A stretch of DNA of 26,506 nucleotides from a bacterium. Its GTDB lineage: Bacteria; Krumholzibacteriota; Krumholzibacteriia; G020349025. Made by a program: the position numbers and the translations under genes. Of the stretch, positions 13,609-22,644 are shown in pieces. The DNA is taken from the NCBI GenBank assembly GCA_031362565.1, contig JANLSU010000036.1, positions 1-26,506 of the forward strand. Direction: 5' to 3'. The notes beneath the pieces are model-generated. The model saw only the letters and a program-made list of their open reading frames with translations, ran no database searches and was not told where the DNA came from. The stretch's first letter is position 1. The number at the start of each line of letters is the position of its first letter.

Positions 13609-13619
13609 AAACTTCACAA
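13602..13619. promoter_or_regulatory. Perfect Rex-type operator (also fits the CRP-family box)
   Basis: TTGTGAA-AAAC-TTCACAA equals the Rex consensus TTGTGAA-N4-TTCACAA and contains TGTGA-N6-TCACA. Confidence 0.7.
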
Positions 13620-13677
13620 AGTTTTGAGAGGCGGGTTCCCGCGGCCTCGGGGCCCATACTTCCTGCGCACGAAGAAT

Positions 13678-14391
13678 TCATCCGCTTGCTTGGCTTCGCA
13701 ATTGCCATACGGGAGTGGACGTGCGTTCGAAGAGGGCGGCTGGGGGGCCGTGGCGCGCGACGCGGCCGGCTTCGAAGACCACGACGTCGTGGCACAGCGT
13801 GACGACTTCCTGTGGGTCGTGCGTGACGTACAGCATCGGCATGCCGAATTCCTGGTGCACGCGGCCAAGGAGGGCGAGCGTGCGTTCGCGGAGTGAGGCG
13901 TCGAGGCTCGCGAGCGGCTCGTCGAGGAGTAGGAGACGCGGGCGTGCGAGCAGGGCGCGGCCGAGGGCCACACGTTGCTTTTCGCCGCCGGAGAGGCGCG
14001 CCGGCATGCGGTCGAGTAGGGCGCCGATTTCGAGGACGGCGACGACGTGATCGACGAATGCGAGGTCGGCCGGCGCCGGTGACGGGCGCGCGTAGTGCAA
14101 GTTGTCGCGCACCGAGCGGTGCGGGAAGAGCGCCAAGTCTTGCGGCACGTAACCCAGGCCGCGCCGGCGGCTTGGGACGTCGACGCGGGTGGCGGCGTCG
14201 AACACCACCCAGCCATCCAATTCGATGCGCCCGGCCGACGGGCGCCGCACCCCGGCCAGGACTTCCAAGAACGCGGTCTTGCCGGCGCCCGACGCACCGA
14301 ACACGGCGGTGATCGGTTGGGTGAATTCGTAGGTCACGGCGAGGCTCGACGCACCCAGCGGCACTTGCAACTCTGTGACGCGAATCTTCAC
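13678..14391 (-). CDS. modC: Molybdate ABC transporter ATP-binding protein (short form)
   Basis: Walker A GASGAGKT, GYVPQDLALFPH, LSGGEKQRV, Walker B LLLLDEP, YVTHD; the GTG start overlaps the modB stop (GTGA). Confidence 0.88.
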   Translation of the reverse strand: MKIRVTELQVPLGASSLAVTYEFTQPITAVFGASGAGKTAFLEVLAGVRRPSAGRIELDGWVVFDAATRVDVPSRRRGLGYVPQDLALFPHRSVRDNLHYARPSPAPADLAFVDHVVAVLEIGALLDRMPARLSGGEKQRVALGRALLARPRLLLLDEPLASLDASLRERTLALLGRVHQEFGMPMLYVTHDPQEVVTLCHDVVVFEAGRVARHGPPAALFERTSTPVWQLRSQASG

Positions 14392-15062
14392 AGCGGGTGC
14401 CTTTGCTTTTGCAAGGCGTCGCTGGCCCAAAGTGCCGCGAAGGCCAATGCTGCCGACACCATGATAAGGCGCGACGCCATCGCGTCGTCGCCGGTTTGCA
14501 CCGCTTGATAAATCGCCAGTGAGAGCGTCGTCGTCTTGCCCGGAATGTTGCCCGCCACCAGAATCGTGGCGCCGAACTCGCCGAGCGCGCGCGCGAATGC
14601 CAGAACGATTCCCGAGACGAGTCCGCGCCGCGCGAGAGGCAGCGTCACGGTGAAAAACACGCGCCATTCACTGGCGCCCAAGGTGCGCGCCACAGGCTCG
14701 AGGCGGGGCGGCACCTCTTGAAAGGCGACGCGCGCCGAGCGCAGCAAGAGCGGAAACGCCATGACGCCGGTCGCGACGACGACCGCGCGCCACGTGAAGG
14801 CGATCTCAAGTCCCGTCGTGTGCTCGAACCAGGCGCCGAACCAGCCGTTGGGGCCGGTTTGGCGCAAGAGCACGAGGCCGGTCGCAACGGGCGGCAAGAC
14901 GAGCGGCAAGGACAAGATCGTCTCGAGGAGTGCCCGGCCGGGGAAGCGCCCGCGCGCCAAAAGGAGTCCCAGCAGGACACCCGGCGGCAAGATGAGAAGG
15001 GTACTGAACGCGCAAACGCCGACCGTGAATCCGACGACATGCCACAGCGAATCGGGCTGCAC
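14388..15062 (-). CDS. modB: Molybdate ABC transporter permease
   Basis: LPLVLPPVATG, ARTLGAS and FARALGEFGATI..AGNIPGKT motifs; GAGGTG SD. Confidence 0.92.
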   Translation of the reverse strand: MQPDSLWHVVGFTVGVCAFSTLLILPPGVLLGLLLARGRFPGRALLETILSLPLVLPPVATGLVLLRQTGPNGWFGAWFEHTTGLEIAFTWRAVVVATGVMAFPLLLRSARVAFQEVPPRLEPVARTLGASEWRVFFTVTLPLARRGLVSGIVLAFARALGEFGATILVAGNIPGKTTTLSLAIYQAVQTGDDAMASRLIMVSAALAFAALWASDALQKQRHPL

Positions 15063-15131
15063 GGCGTCACCTCGCGCGGCGTAGGGCGGCGATGCGGCGC
15101 GAGCGCATCGGCAAGCGAATCGACGCGGAAC

Positions 15132-15332
15132 CTACTCGGCGCGCTCGAATCCCAGTTCGTCGAGGAGGGTTCGTGCCAGGTGTTCGATCTGCGGTGACTC
15201 GACGTCATTCGCGAACAGCGGTCCGTTGGCTGCCTTGCGCGCGAACGTGATGATCGACTTCAGATGGCTCCACTCGTGTAGGTCGAGTTCCACCGACACG
15301 CGGTTGTCGCGACGGGCGATTTTGCCTTTCAA
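15132..15332 (-). CDS. Small hypothetical protein (~66 aa)
   Basis: SD GGAGGA 5 nt before TTG 15332; MKGKIARRDNRVSVELDLHEWSHLKSIITFARK...; co-oriented with modBC. Confidence 0.6.
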   Translation of the reverse strand: MKGKIARRDNRVSVELDLHEWSHLKSIITFARKAANGPLFANDVESPQIEHLARTLLDELGFERAE

Positions 15333-15565
15333 GAGCGTCCTCCAAGGGGGGAGCAAGGATCCGAACCGCATTCGCCGTCGAAGTGCAGTGCGCTCCGGGC
15401 ATTCTCGGGATGGCCCGCCGCGCCGTCAAGGCCAACGGCCAACCGCCGGCGCTCTGGATACGCTGCGGCCCGCCGCCCCGCACCGCCGGCGGGCCATCTG
15501 GCATTCGCGGCGCCCGTGGCCCTTGTGGTATGCTGCAGAACCCAGAAAGGGTGGTGGGGTCCGCA

Positions 15566-16678
15566 ATGGCAGATGTTTCCGCACTCGCCGTATTCGTCGA
15601 CTTCGAGAATCTTGCCCTCGGTTTCCAGAACCGGCACGGGCGTTTCGACATCAAACGCGTCCTCCAGCGTCTCGTCGAAAAAGGCAAAATCATCGTCAAG
15701 AAGGGGTATGCGGACTGGAGCCGGTATTCCGACTACAAACGGCAGCTGCACGAGTCGGGGCTCGAACTCATCGAGATTCCGCGGCGCGCCATGACGGGTA
15801 AGAACTCCGCCGACATCCGCCTGTGTGTGGATGCGATGGACCTCTGCTATTCGAAGGAACACATCGACACGTTCGTCATCGTGTCGGGTGACAGCGATTT
15901 CTCGCCGCTCGTCGCCAAGCTGAAAGAAAACGGCAAGAGCGTCATCGGACTCGCGATGCGCAAGTCGACGTCCGAGCTGCTGGTGAATGCCTGTGACGAA
16001 TTCATTTTCTACGAAGACCTCGAAGTGAACGAAGGCCCCGAGGCGTTCCATGGTGTGACGGTGGCCGCGGAGAAACAAGAAATCTTCCGGCTGTTGCTCG
16101 ACACGCTCGAAGCGCTCCGCCGCGAGACCACCGGTTCGCTCTATTCGTCGATGATCAAGGACACGATGAAGCGCAAGATGCCGTCGTTCCTGGAATCGGC
16201 GTACGGGTATCGCACCTTCAGCGAACTGCTCGAGGATGCCCAACATTCGGGCCTTCTCAAGCTGTCGATCGACGCGCGCAGCGGCACCTATGTCGTGACC
16301 GAATTCCACACCATGGGCGAGCGCCGCACCCGGCGTGGCGGCCGTGGGCGGAGAGGCGGACGCGGGCGCAGCCACGGCGATGTCGACAATGGACAACACG
16401 CCGCACATGTCGAGAGCACGGTGAACGGCGGCACGGGCGGCCGTGACACGGCAACGCCACCGGCACGCGAGTCGCACCCCGCGCCAGCACCGGCACCTGT
16501 ACCCGCACCGGAACCGCGGCATCGCGCTGCGCCGGCGCCGGAACCCGAGCCCGTCGTCGTGGCCGTGTCGGCTAAAGCACCGGCGGCGGATGCGGTCGCC
16601 GCGGCGCCGCGCAAACCGCGCCGGCGCCGGGCAGCAAGCGGCACGCGTCGCGCGCCGCGTGCCGCCGCGAAATCCTGA
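15566..16678 (+). CDS. NYN (LabA/DUF88, PIN-like) domain protein with OST-HTH/LOTUS domain and low-complexity tail
   Basis: FVDFENL, GKNSADI and VSGDSDF catalytic motifs; F.E..YGYRTFSELL OST-HTH motif. Confidence 0.9.
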   Translation: MADVSALAVFVDFENLALGFQNRHGRFDIKRVLQRLVEKGKIIVKKGYADWSRYSDYKRQLHESGLELIEIPRRAMTGKNSADIRLCVDAMDLCYSKEHIDTFVIVSGDSDFSPLVAKLKENGKSVIGLAMRKSTSELLVNACDEFIFYEDLEVNEGPEAFHGVTVAAEKQEIFRLLLDTLEALRRETTGSLYSSMIKDTMKRKMPSFLESAYGYRTFSELLEDAQHSGLLKLSIDARSGTYVVTEFHTMGERRTRRGGRGRRGGRGRSHGDVDNGQHAAHVESTVNGGTGGRDTATPPARESHPAPAPAPVPAPEPRHRAAPAPEPEPVVVAVSAKAPAADAVAAAPRKPRRRRAASGTRRAPRAAAKS

Positions 16679-16681
16679 TCT

Positions 16682-18091
16682 TTAACGCACCAGCGTCAGG
16701 CGGTCCGTGGCGGTCGCAGCCGCGGTGTGCGCCCGCGCCCAATACACGCCCGAAGCCAACGCCTGTCCGCGGTCATCGCGGCCGTCCCAGGTGAGCGTTC
16801 GCGTCCCGCCCAGCAACGTGCCTTCCCACAACATGCGAACGGTACGGCCACGCACGTCGACGATCTCGATGCGGGCGGCTGCGCCGTCGCTTCCGTCGAC
16901 GCGCAACGCGGCCGTCGGATTGAACGGATCGGGCCAGTGCGAGAGTTGCAATCCGGCCGCGACCGGCACCGGTGGCGCACTGGACGCGGTCGCGTCGGCG
17001 ATTGCGATGTCGCACGGCGGCAGTCCCATATCGATCGGCGACGTAGTGATCTGAGCGCCGGTGCGCGCCTCGAACACCCGCACGCCCGGATGGATGAAGT
17101 CGCGATCCGACACCAGCACGTGGCCGCGCGCGTAGTCGATCTCGACGTCACACAGGTCGAAGCCCGAACTCTGCAGCGGCGTGCTGAGCACGGTGCCGGC
17201 GCAGCGATCGAAGCGCACGAGCTTGGTGCGGAAGGTTGCATCGTTGACGATGGCGTAACCGGTGCAATCGGTCGCCAGCTTGACCGCGTTCAGGTCGCCG
17301 CCGAGGGTGGTCTCGGTGATGAAGAAGCCTTCCGCTTGCAGCGTCACTGGATTCACGAACTCGACCCCGCCGTCCAGCACCCCGAAGTTGCCGACCTCAC
17401 CGACGATGATTTTCTGGCGCACCGGATCGACGCTCATGTCGGCGAACGGATTGCGACCGCTGAGCGGAATGGCCTGGATGCCCGGCGCCACTGCATCCGC
17501 GTCGACCAGTTGGTCGGTCGTGCAGTCGACGACCGCGACCAGGCTCGGATTCGAGGCCACGAAGCCGCCCGGCCGGTCGAGACGCTGCAGTGCCACGAAG
17601 ACGCGATTGCCGACCCGCGCCAAGCCGGCTGCTTCCGGCAGCCCATCGGCGTCGGCGAAACTCGACAAATCGACGCTGCCGAGCGATGCACCCGTCTGCG
17701 GGTTGATGATCGCCAGATAGTTGCGTTCGTAGAGGCTCACATAGGCCTTGGTGGGCGAACAAAGCACGATGTCCTGCGGGTTGGTGCCGTTGCCGACGCT
17801 GTACTGGATGATCGTGCCCAGGGTCACGGGATCGATGACCTGCACGAAGTCGAAGCCGAACCGCCCGAGAATGTAGAAGCGGCCGTCACGCATCCGGGCG
17901 GCGGCATCCGAAGCGGTCGAGGTCACGTTGTTCGCATGGGTGAACGGTGGCGCGAGATCGAGCCGCGAATAGTAGCCGGTCGAGAAGTCGGTGCTGACGA
18001 CGAGGGCGCGATCCGCGGCAGCGGCGCTCCCGGCCGTCAAAGCGAGGAGCGCTAGAGCCGGCAGTAGCCGGCGGCGAAATCCGAGCATCAT
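16682..18091 (-). CDS. Secreted YncE/BtuG-like beta-propeller with C-terminal FlgD-Ig/T9SS-type domain
   Basis: Signal peptide; propeller-like repeats (VGNGTNPQDI..KAYVS, RVFVALQRL); C-terminal PDPFNP..DVRGRTVR..TWDGRDDRG..ASGVY; SD GGAGG. Confidence 0.8.
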   Translation of the reverse strand: MMLGFRRRLLPALALLALTAGSAAAADRALVVSTDFSTGYYSRLDLAPPFTHANNVTSTASDAAARMRDGRFYILGRFGFDFVQVIDPVTLGTIIQYSVGNGTNPQDIVLCSPTKAYVSLYERNYLAIINPQTGASLGSVDLSSFADADGLPEAAGLARVGNRVFVALQRLDRPGGFVASNPSLVAVVDCTTDQLVDADAVAPGIQAIPLSGRNPFADMSVDPVRQKIIVGEVGNFGVLDGGVEFVNPVTLQAEGFFITETTLGGDLNAVKLATDCTGYAIVNDATFRTKLVRFDRCAGTVLSTPLQSSGFDLCDVEIDYARGHVLVSDRDFIHPGVRVFEARTGAQITTSPIDMGLPPCDIAIADATASSAPPVPVAAGLQLSHWPDPFNPTAALRVDGSDGAAARIEIVDVRGRTVRMLWEGTLLGGTRTLTWDGRDDRGQALASGVYWARAHTAAATATDRLTLVR

Positions 18092-18163
18092 GATGTGGCC
18101 TCCGTTCGAAGTGATTCGCTGTAGGCGGCCCGCACGATGCCCGCGCGGACCGCATGCCGCGTG

Positions 18164-20308
18164 TCAGAGCTTGTAGCTCGTGGAAAAAAAGAACGTCCGG
18201 CCCGGGAGCGGGAATCCGGCAACGTCGGCGGCGCGTTCGTCGGTGAGATTGCGGGCGCCGAACTGCAGCCCCAAGCCTCGCCATCGCACTCGCGCATCCA
18301 GGCTGTGCAGATCGCGCCGGCCGACGAGTTTGACGTTGGCACGATCCAAGAAATTCTCCGCCAGGTGGTCGAGTTCGTAGCCCAATTCGATGTGCGCAGC
18401 GCGGACCGCAACGCGTTGGTGCAGTTGGTTCGCCGGCCGGCCCAGCAACGCATTGCCGGCCCACCACGTGATGTCGATTCCACGGTCCCGGCCAACGAGC
18501 CGTGTGACGCTTCCATCGAGCGACCAGCGAGGGGCTGAAACTCGACCTGCATCGGCGCCGTCGTTGTCGCCGTTCCCAGCCGTCCGGGGCGAGCTCGCAC
18601 CGGAGGCGTGCCAGGACCACTCTTCGCCCCGCATGGACGCCGCGCCGATGTTGCTCGCCGACAGAACGCGCTGCGAGTTGGGTGCGAAAGCGATGAGATG
18701 GCGAACGCGATTGTCGAAGTGGGTGACCTCGACTTGGGCGTCGACGCCGTACCTCGAACCGCTCCACTGCAATCCGAAGTCCCGATTCGTACCGATTTCC
18801 GGTTGCAGACTGCCGTTGCCGCGAACATTTCCACCATCGCCGAACAACTCGAAGAAGGCAGGTGTCCGGTGATAGCGGCCCCAGCTGCCGCGCGCGTATA
18901 GCCCACGGACCAAGTGCAGCCGTCCGCCGTAATGTGGTTCGGTACGCCGTTCGGTTCCGGACTGTGGCGGATGCGGATTCGTGACCGTGGGGACACCGGC
19001 GAATTCGTTCGCTTCGCGGTTGGCTCGCAGCCCGGCATGCAGGACCAGCCGGCCGGTGAGCTGCAACTGCTCTTCGATGTTGGCGTCGATGGTACGGCGA
19101 TACTGCGGCGGCACCGCGGGCGCTGGCGGGAGCGGGTGTGAGATGGCGAGGCGTTCACGGCGTGCGTCGATATCGAGCGTAAGCCGCGAACGCCGTGGTG
19201 CAATGAGGCGGGCGCCTGCATGCATGCCCAACGTGCGGACGACATCGCGGTTGTCTTGCATCCCGAGACCGACTTCACCACTCGGAAACGTCAAATCCGA
19301 AAACGTATCAAGGCGCCATTCGTGGTCGAGCCGGGTCCGAAGCGTGAGACGTCCGCCCGCTAGTGCCGGCACCGTCGCATCGACACTGGTGAGATTCCAC
19401 GCCGCGCCGCCGTGAGTGCGTTCGGTCTGTAGTGTCGCAAGACCGGCAACACCATGCTCGCGCCGCACCCACTGATTGACGAGTCGCAGTTCACCATGAT
19501 GCGGCAAGGCCCGCGCGAGCCGTGCCAGCACCTCGTCGTTGCGCTGCCAATTGTTTTGGCGCTCTGATATCCGGTCGTCATTCGTGGCGTGTTCCGTGGC
19601 GTTGTCGTTGTAGAAGCTATAGTTGCCGTCCGTCTCCATGAGATCCGCGACGACGAGCCCGGCCCAACTGCCGGCGCTGAATTCCTGCGAACCGCCCAAC
19701 CGGCGCGTTCCGAAGCTGCCAGCGCCGGCGACGATGGATTGCGACAGGCTGGCGGGACCGCCGGGCGCCGCACCGCGCGTCACCAAATTGATGGCGCCGC
19801 CGATGCTCGCACCCGGCAATTCGGCCGGCGCGAAGCCGCGATAGACTTCGATGCGTTCGATTGCGGCGAATGGCAAGTCGGCCAGGTTGACGACGCCGAG
19901 CGACGCACGCGCCAACGGCACGCCATCGAGATAGACGCTGACTTGGCTCGAGCCGCTGCCACGAATCGACACGGTGCTGAAGCTGCCGAGGCCGCCGTAG
20001 TCGTTGACGTGCAGGCCGGGGACTTGTTCGAGCACTTCGGCGGTCGTGGTGATGCGATCGCGAAGCGGCGCCATCTCGATGATGGTGGCGGCGCCCGGCA
20101 AGCGATCGAGACGGCTCTGCGCGGTCGGCCGGCGTGCCTGCACGATGATGGGCGCGATGGTGTGCGTGCTGTCGACGGGCGCTGTGGTGGCAACGCTGTC
20201 GGCGCGGATGTCATTCGCGGTTGCGGTTGCGCCGGCTGCGAAGAGCGCCAACAAAACGACCGCAATCGACACGCCCGCCACGGGGCAAACGCAGATCCGA
20301 ACGCGCAT
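18164..20308 (-). CDS. TonB-dependent receptor, probably a cobalamin (BtuB-like) transporter
   Basis: Signal peptide, TonB box-like PIIVQA, plug motif VSIRGS..VYLDGVP, LQPE and NLTD..PGRTFF barrel end; lies downstream of a cobalamin riboswitch. Confidence 0.9.
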   Translation of the reverse strand: MRVRICVCPVAGVSIAVVLLALFAAGATATANDIRADSVATTAPVDSTHTIAPIIVQARRPTAQSRLDRLPGAATIIEMAPLRDRITTTAEVLEQVPGLHVNDYGGLGSFSTVSIRGSGSSQVSVYLDGVPLARASLGVVNLADLPFAAIERIEVYRGFAPAELPGASIGGAINLVTRGAAPGGPASLSQSIVAGAGSFGTRRLGGSQEFSAGSWAGLVVADLMETDGNYSFYNDNATEHATNDDRISERQNNWQRNDEVLARLARALPHHGELRLVNQWVRREHGVAGLATLQTERTHGGAAWNLTSVDATVPALAGGRLTLRTRLDHEWRLDTFSDLTFPSGEVGLGMQDNRDVVRTLGMHAGARLIAPRRSRLTLDIDARRERLAISHPLPPAPAVPPQYRRTIDANIEEQLQLTGRLVLHAGLRANREANEFAGVPTVTNPHPPQSGTERRTEPHYGGRLHLVRGLYARGSWGRYHRTPAFFELFGDGGNVRGNGSLQPEIGTNRDFGLQWSGSRYGVDAQVEVTHFDNRVRHLIAFAPNSQRVLSASNIGAASMRGEEWSWHASGASSPRTAGNGDNDGADAGRVSAPRWSLDGSVTRLVGRDRGIDITWWAGNALLGRPANQLHQRVAVRAAHIELGYELDHLAENFLDRANVKLVGRRDLHSLDARVRWRGLGLQFGARNLTDERAADVAGFPLPGRTFFFSTSYKL

Positions 20309-20461
20309 AGGCGCGGCTTTCGCTTCGGGCGTGGAGTCCGGGCCACGCCCAAGTAGGCGGGGATCTCAAGGTAGGAAGAGACGCGGGAACGAGCGCCGGG
20401 CGCGTTGCACGCGCGGCGACAACCCGGCCCCCTCTCCCGGAGAGCCCCTCGGTTGCATCGT

Positions 20462-20634
20462 TCCCGGGCAGGTCTCCTGACTGAGGGCTCGAGCGCCGGA
20501 ACCGCGCCTTCCCCGCGCTTGCAGCGCGAGTGGCTTCGTGCGGTCCGGCATCGCCCATTACAGTGGCGGGACCGTAGGGGATTTGCACCCCTTTCCCTCT
20601 TCGGCCGGCGGTTTGATCCGCCGACACCCGGGAT
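20462..20634 (-). ncRNA. Cobalamin (AdoCbl) riboswitch
   Basis: Minus strand carries AGGGAA..GGTGCAAATCC..CCCGCCACTGTAA..GCCACT..GGGAAGG..AGTCAGGAGACCTGCC, closed by a CCCGGG P1 stem. Confidence 0.95.
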
Positions 20635-20788
20635 CGCATGTTCGAGTGCCACGAAGCGCGAGCCTCGCGGCGGTATGCAGCGTACATCGGACGCGGCGCA
20701 CGACGCAAGGGCAGCGCGCTTGCGTTGCCGCGGTAGAATCACGCAGAGTCTTGCGGTGCCGCCACCACGACCGAACGGAGACGCCGCG

Positions 20789-22570
20789 ATGCTCGCGTCG
20801 AATGCCGCTGCGAATACACCGCAAAGCGCGCCGCAACGTTCGCGCCTACGGTTCGCGCTTGGGGTGACATTCCTGGTCGCGTGCGCGGCACTCTTGGCGT
20901 TGCACGTGCGCACGTACTGGTTCGTGACGGACGACGCTTACATTTCGTTCCGCTATGCACGCCATTGGGCGGAAGGCGTTGGGCTCGTCTTCAACGCCGG
21001 CGAACACGTCGAGGGTTATACGAATTTCCTGTGGGTCGCGCTGCTTGCAGCGCTGGCGCGCATCGGTTTCGCGCCCGAGCAGGTCGCGCCGTGGATCAGT
21101 GCGGCGCTCACCTTTGTATTGTGGGGCCTCGCGACGCGGTTCGTGGCGCGGGCTCGACAGCCGGCGGTTCGCGTTTGGTGGTGGGTGACACCACTCGCAC
21201 TCGCGTCCAACCGTTGCTTCTCCGTGTGGGCGACGGGTGGGCTCGAAACGCGCTTGTTCGAACTGCTGCTCCTCGGCGGACTGGCGCGCTTGTGGATCGA
21301 GTCGGAACAGACGCCGCGGAAGCGCCGCGTCACGCTCGGCCCTTGGCTGCTCGCGCTTGCGGTACTGACGCGGCCTGATGCATTGCTCCCCGCACTGGGC
21401 GGCGCGATTGCCATCGAGTTGCGCCAGCGCCGCACATGGCGCGACCGGTTGCGAACGTGGCTGCCGTTCGTCGTGCTCACCGGCGGCCACGAGCTGTGGC
21501 GCATCGCCTACTACCATGCGCCGTTGCCGAACACCTACTACGCCAAGTTCGACGGGGTGTTCGCCGGAGCGCGCGGCTGGCGCTACGCGCTGTTTTTCGC
21601 GCTCGAGTACGCACTCTTCTTGTGGCTGCCGTTCCTCGTCTGCGGTGCGCGCGCCTTGTGGCAGAGCGCACCGCACCTGCTCGCGATCTTTGCAGCCGCG
21701 CTCGTGCCGTTCGTTGCCTATGTCGTGTACGCGGGCGGTGATCACTTCGAAATGCGACCGCTCGGACTCCTGGTCGTGCCGCTCGCGGTGCTGCTCGCTT
21801 GGGGCGTGGCGGATGTCGCGGCGCGTGTCGCGCCACGGCGGTTCGCACGCCCCGTCGTTGCCACCGCCGCCGTGGTCTGCATCGCTGCATCGGCGCTCTT
21901 GCCGACGCTGGCGCACCTGGACTTTCCCGCCGAGTACGCGCTCGGCTTCCCCGGTTCATCGGCACGCCCCGACGGCACGCAAACCCTCGTCCGCCCCGAG
22001 CGCATTCCAACCCTCGCGGGTGCCATGGGCTTTGGCCTTTGGGTCGCCGCCTACGATCGCCTGGCGTCCGAGTTGACGGCGGTCGGAGCCGGCGTGCGCC
22101 AGGAGGAGCACCGGGCGTTCGCGGCCGCGACGTCAGATGTAGGACACGACCTCCGTGGCTGGGTCGAGGACGGCACCTTGCCTGCCGATACCCGGATCGC
22201 GTTGCACTGCGTCGGGGCCATCCCGTACTGGAGCCGGCTCTGGACGCTGGATCTTCTCGGGCTTTGCGATGCGCAGGTGGGGCGCGGGCCGTGGGGAAGC
22301 GGCGAGCGCCACGTCGCACACGCCAAGTGGGCGGCCCCGGACTATATCCGCCGGTGTGGCGTCGAGATCCAACCGGCCCTGCCGTGCCGGTTCTTCGTGG
22401 CCGATGCGACGCTCCGGGAAGTCGCGGCGAGTGGCGGCTGCGACTCGACCTGTGCGGTGGTACGCCTGGCGCCCGATTTCTCGCTCTTCGTGCGGCTCCC
22501 GCAGGGGCTCGCAGCGGCGCACCGGCGCTTCCCGCGCCTCGCCTTCGAAGCGCTCCCCGCAAATCCATGA
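20789..22570 (+). CDS. Polytopic GT-C-type membrane glycosyltransferase (AftB-like)
   Basis: DDAYISFRYA..GLVFN.GEHVEGYTNFLW, GLET, LTRPD, PLPNTYYAK and DLLGLCD motifs; many TM segments; ATG 20789 after GGAG. Confidence 0.8.
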   Translation: MLASNAAANTPQSAPQRSRLRFALGVTFLVACAALLALHVRTYWFVTDDAYISFRYARHWAEGVGLVFNAGEHVEGYTNFLWVALLAALARIGFAPEQVAPWISAALTFVLWGLATRFVARARQPAVRVWWWVTPLALASNRCFSVWATGGLETRLFELLLLGGLARLWIESEQTPRKRRVTLGPWLLALAVLTRPDALLPALGGAIAIELRQRRTWRDRLRTWLPFVVLTGGHELWRIAYYHAPLPNTYYAKFDGVFAGARGWRYALFFALEYALFLWLPFLVCGARALWQSAPHLLAIFAAALVPFVAYVVYAGGDHFEMRPLGLLVVPLAVLLAWGVADVAARVAPRRFARPVVATAAVVCIAASALLPTLAHLDFPAEYALGFPGSSARPDGTQTLVRPERIPTLAGAMGFGLWVAAYDRLASELTAVGAGVRQEEHRAFAAATSDVGHDLRGWVEDGTLPADTRIALHCVGAIPYWSRLWTLDLLGLCDAQVGRGPWGSGERHVAHAKWAAPDYIRRCGVEIQPALPCRFFVADATLREVAASGGCDSTCAVVRLAPDFSLFVRLPQGLAAAHRRFPRLAFEALPANP

Positions 22571-22616
22571 CAGGACTTGGTTGTGGCGCGGCCGGCGCTG
22601 CGACCGCACTACGGGG

Positions 22617-22644
22617 TTGCAATGGAGCGATAAGCATATATATT
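22617..22644 (+). promoter_or_regulatory. Putative sigma70 promoter of the str operon
   Basis: TTGCAA-16 nt-TATATT in the most AT-rich patch upstream of rpsL. Confidence 0.4.

Noticed and set aside
13318..13617. 99-aa minus-strand ORF in the convergent gap
   Set aside because: Starts inside the operator palindrome, has no convincing SD spacing, and its composition is not protein-like.
14392..14667. N-terminal extension of ModC in the ORF track
   Set aside because: Overlaps modB; the GTGA coupling at 14388-14391 gives the natural start.
20405..20788. N-terminal extension of the glycosyltransferase
   Set aside because: Overlaps the cobalamin riboswitch on the opposite strand; ATG 20789 has an SD.
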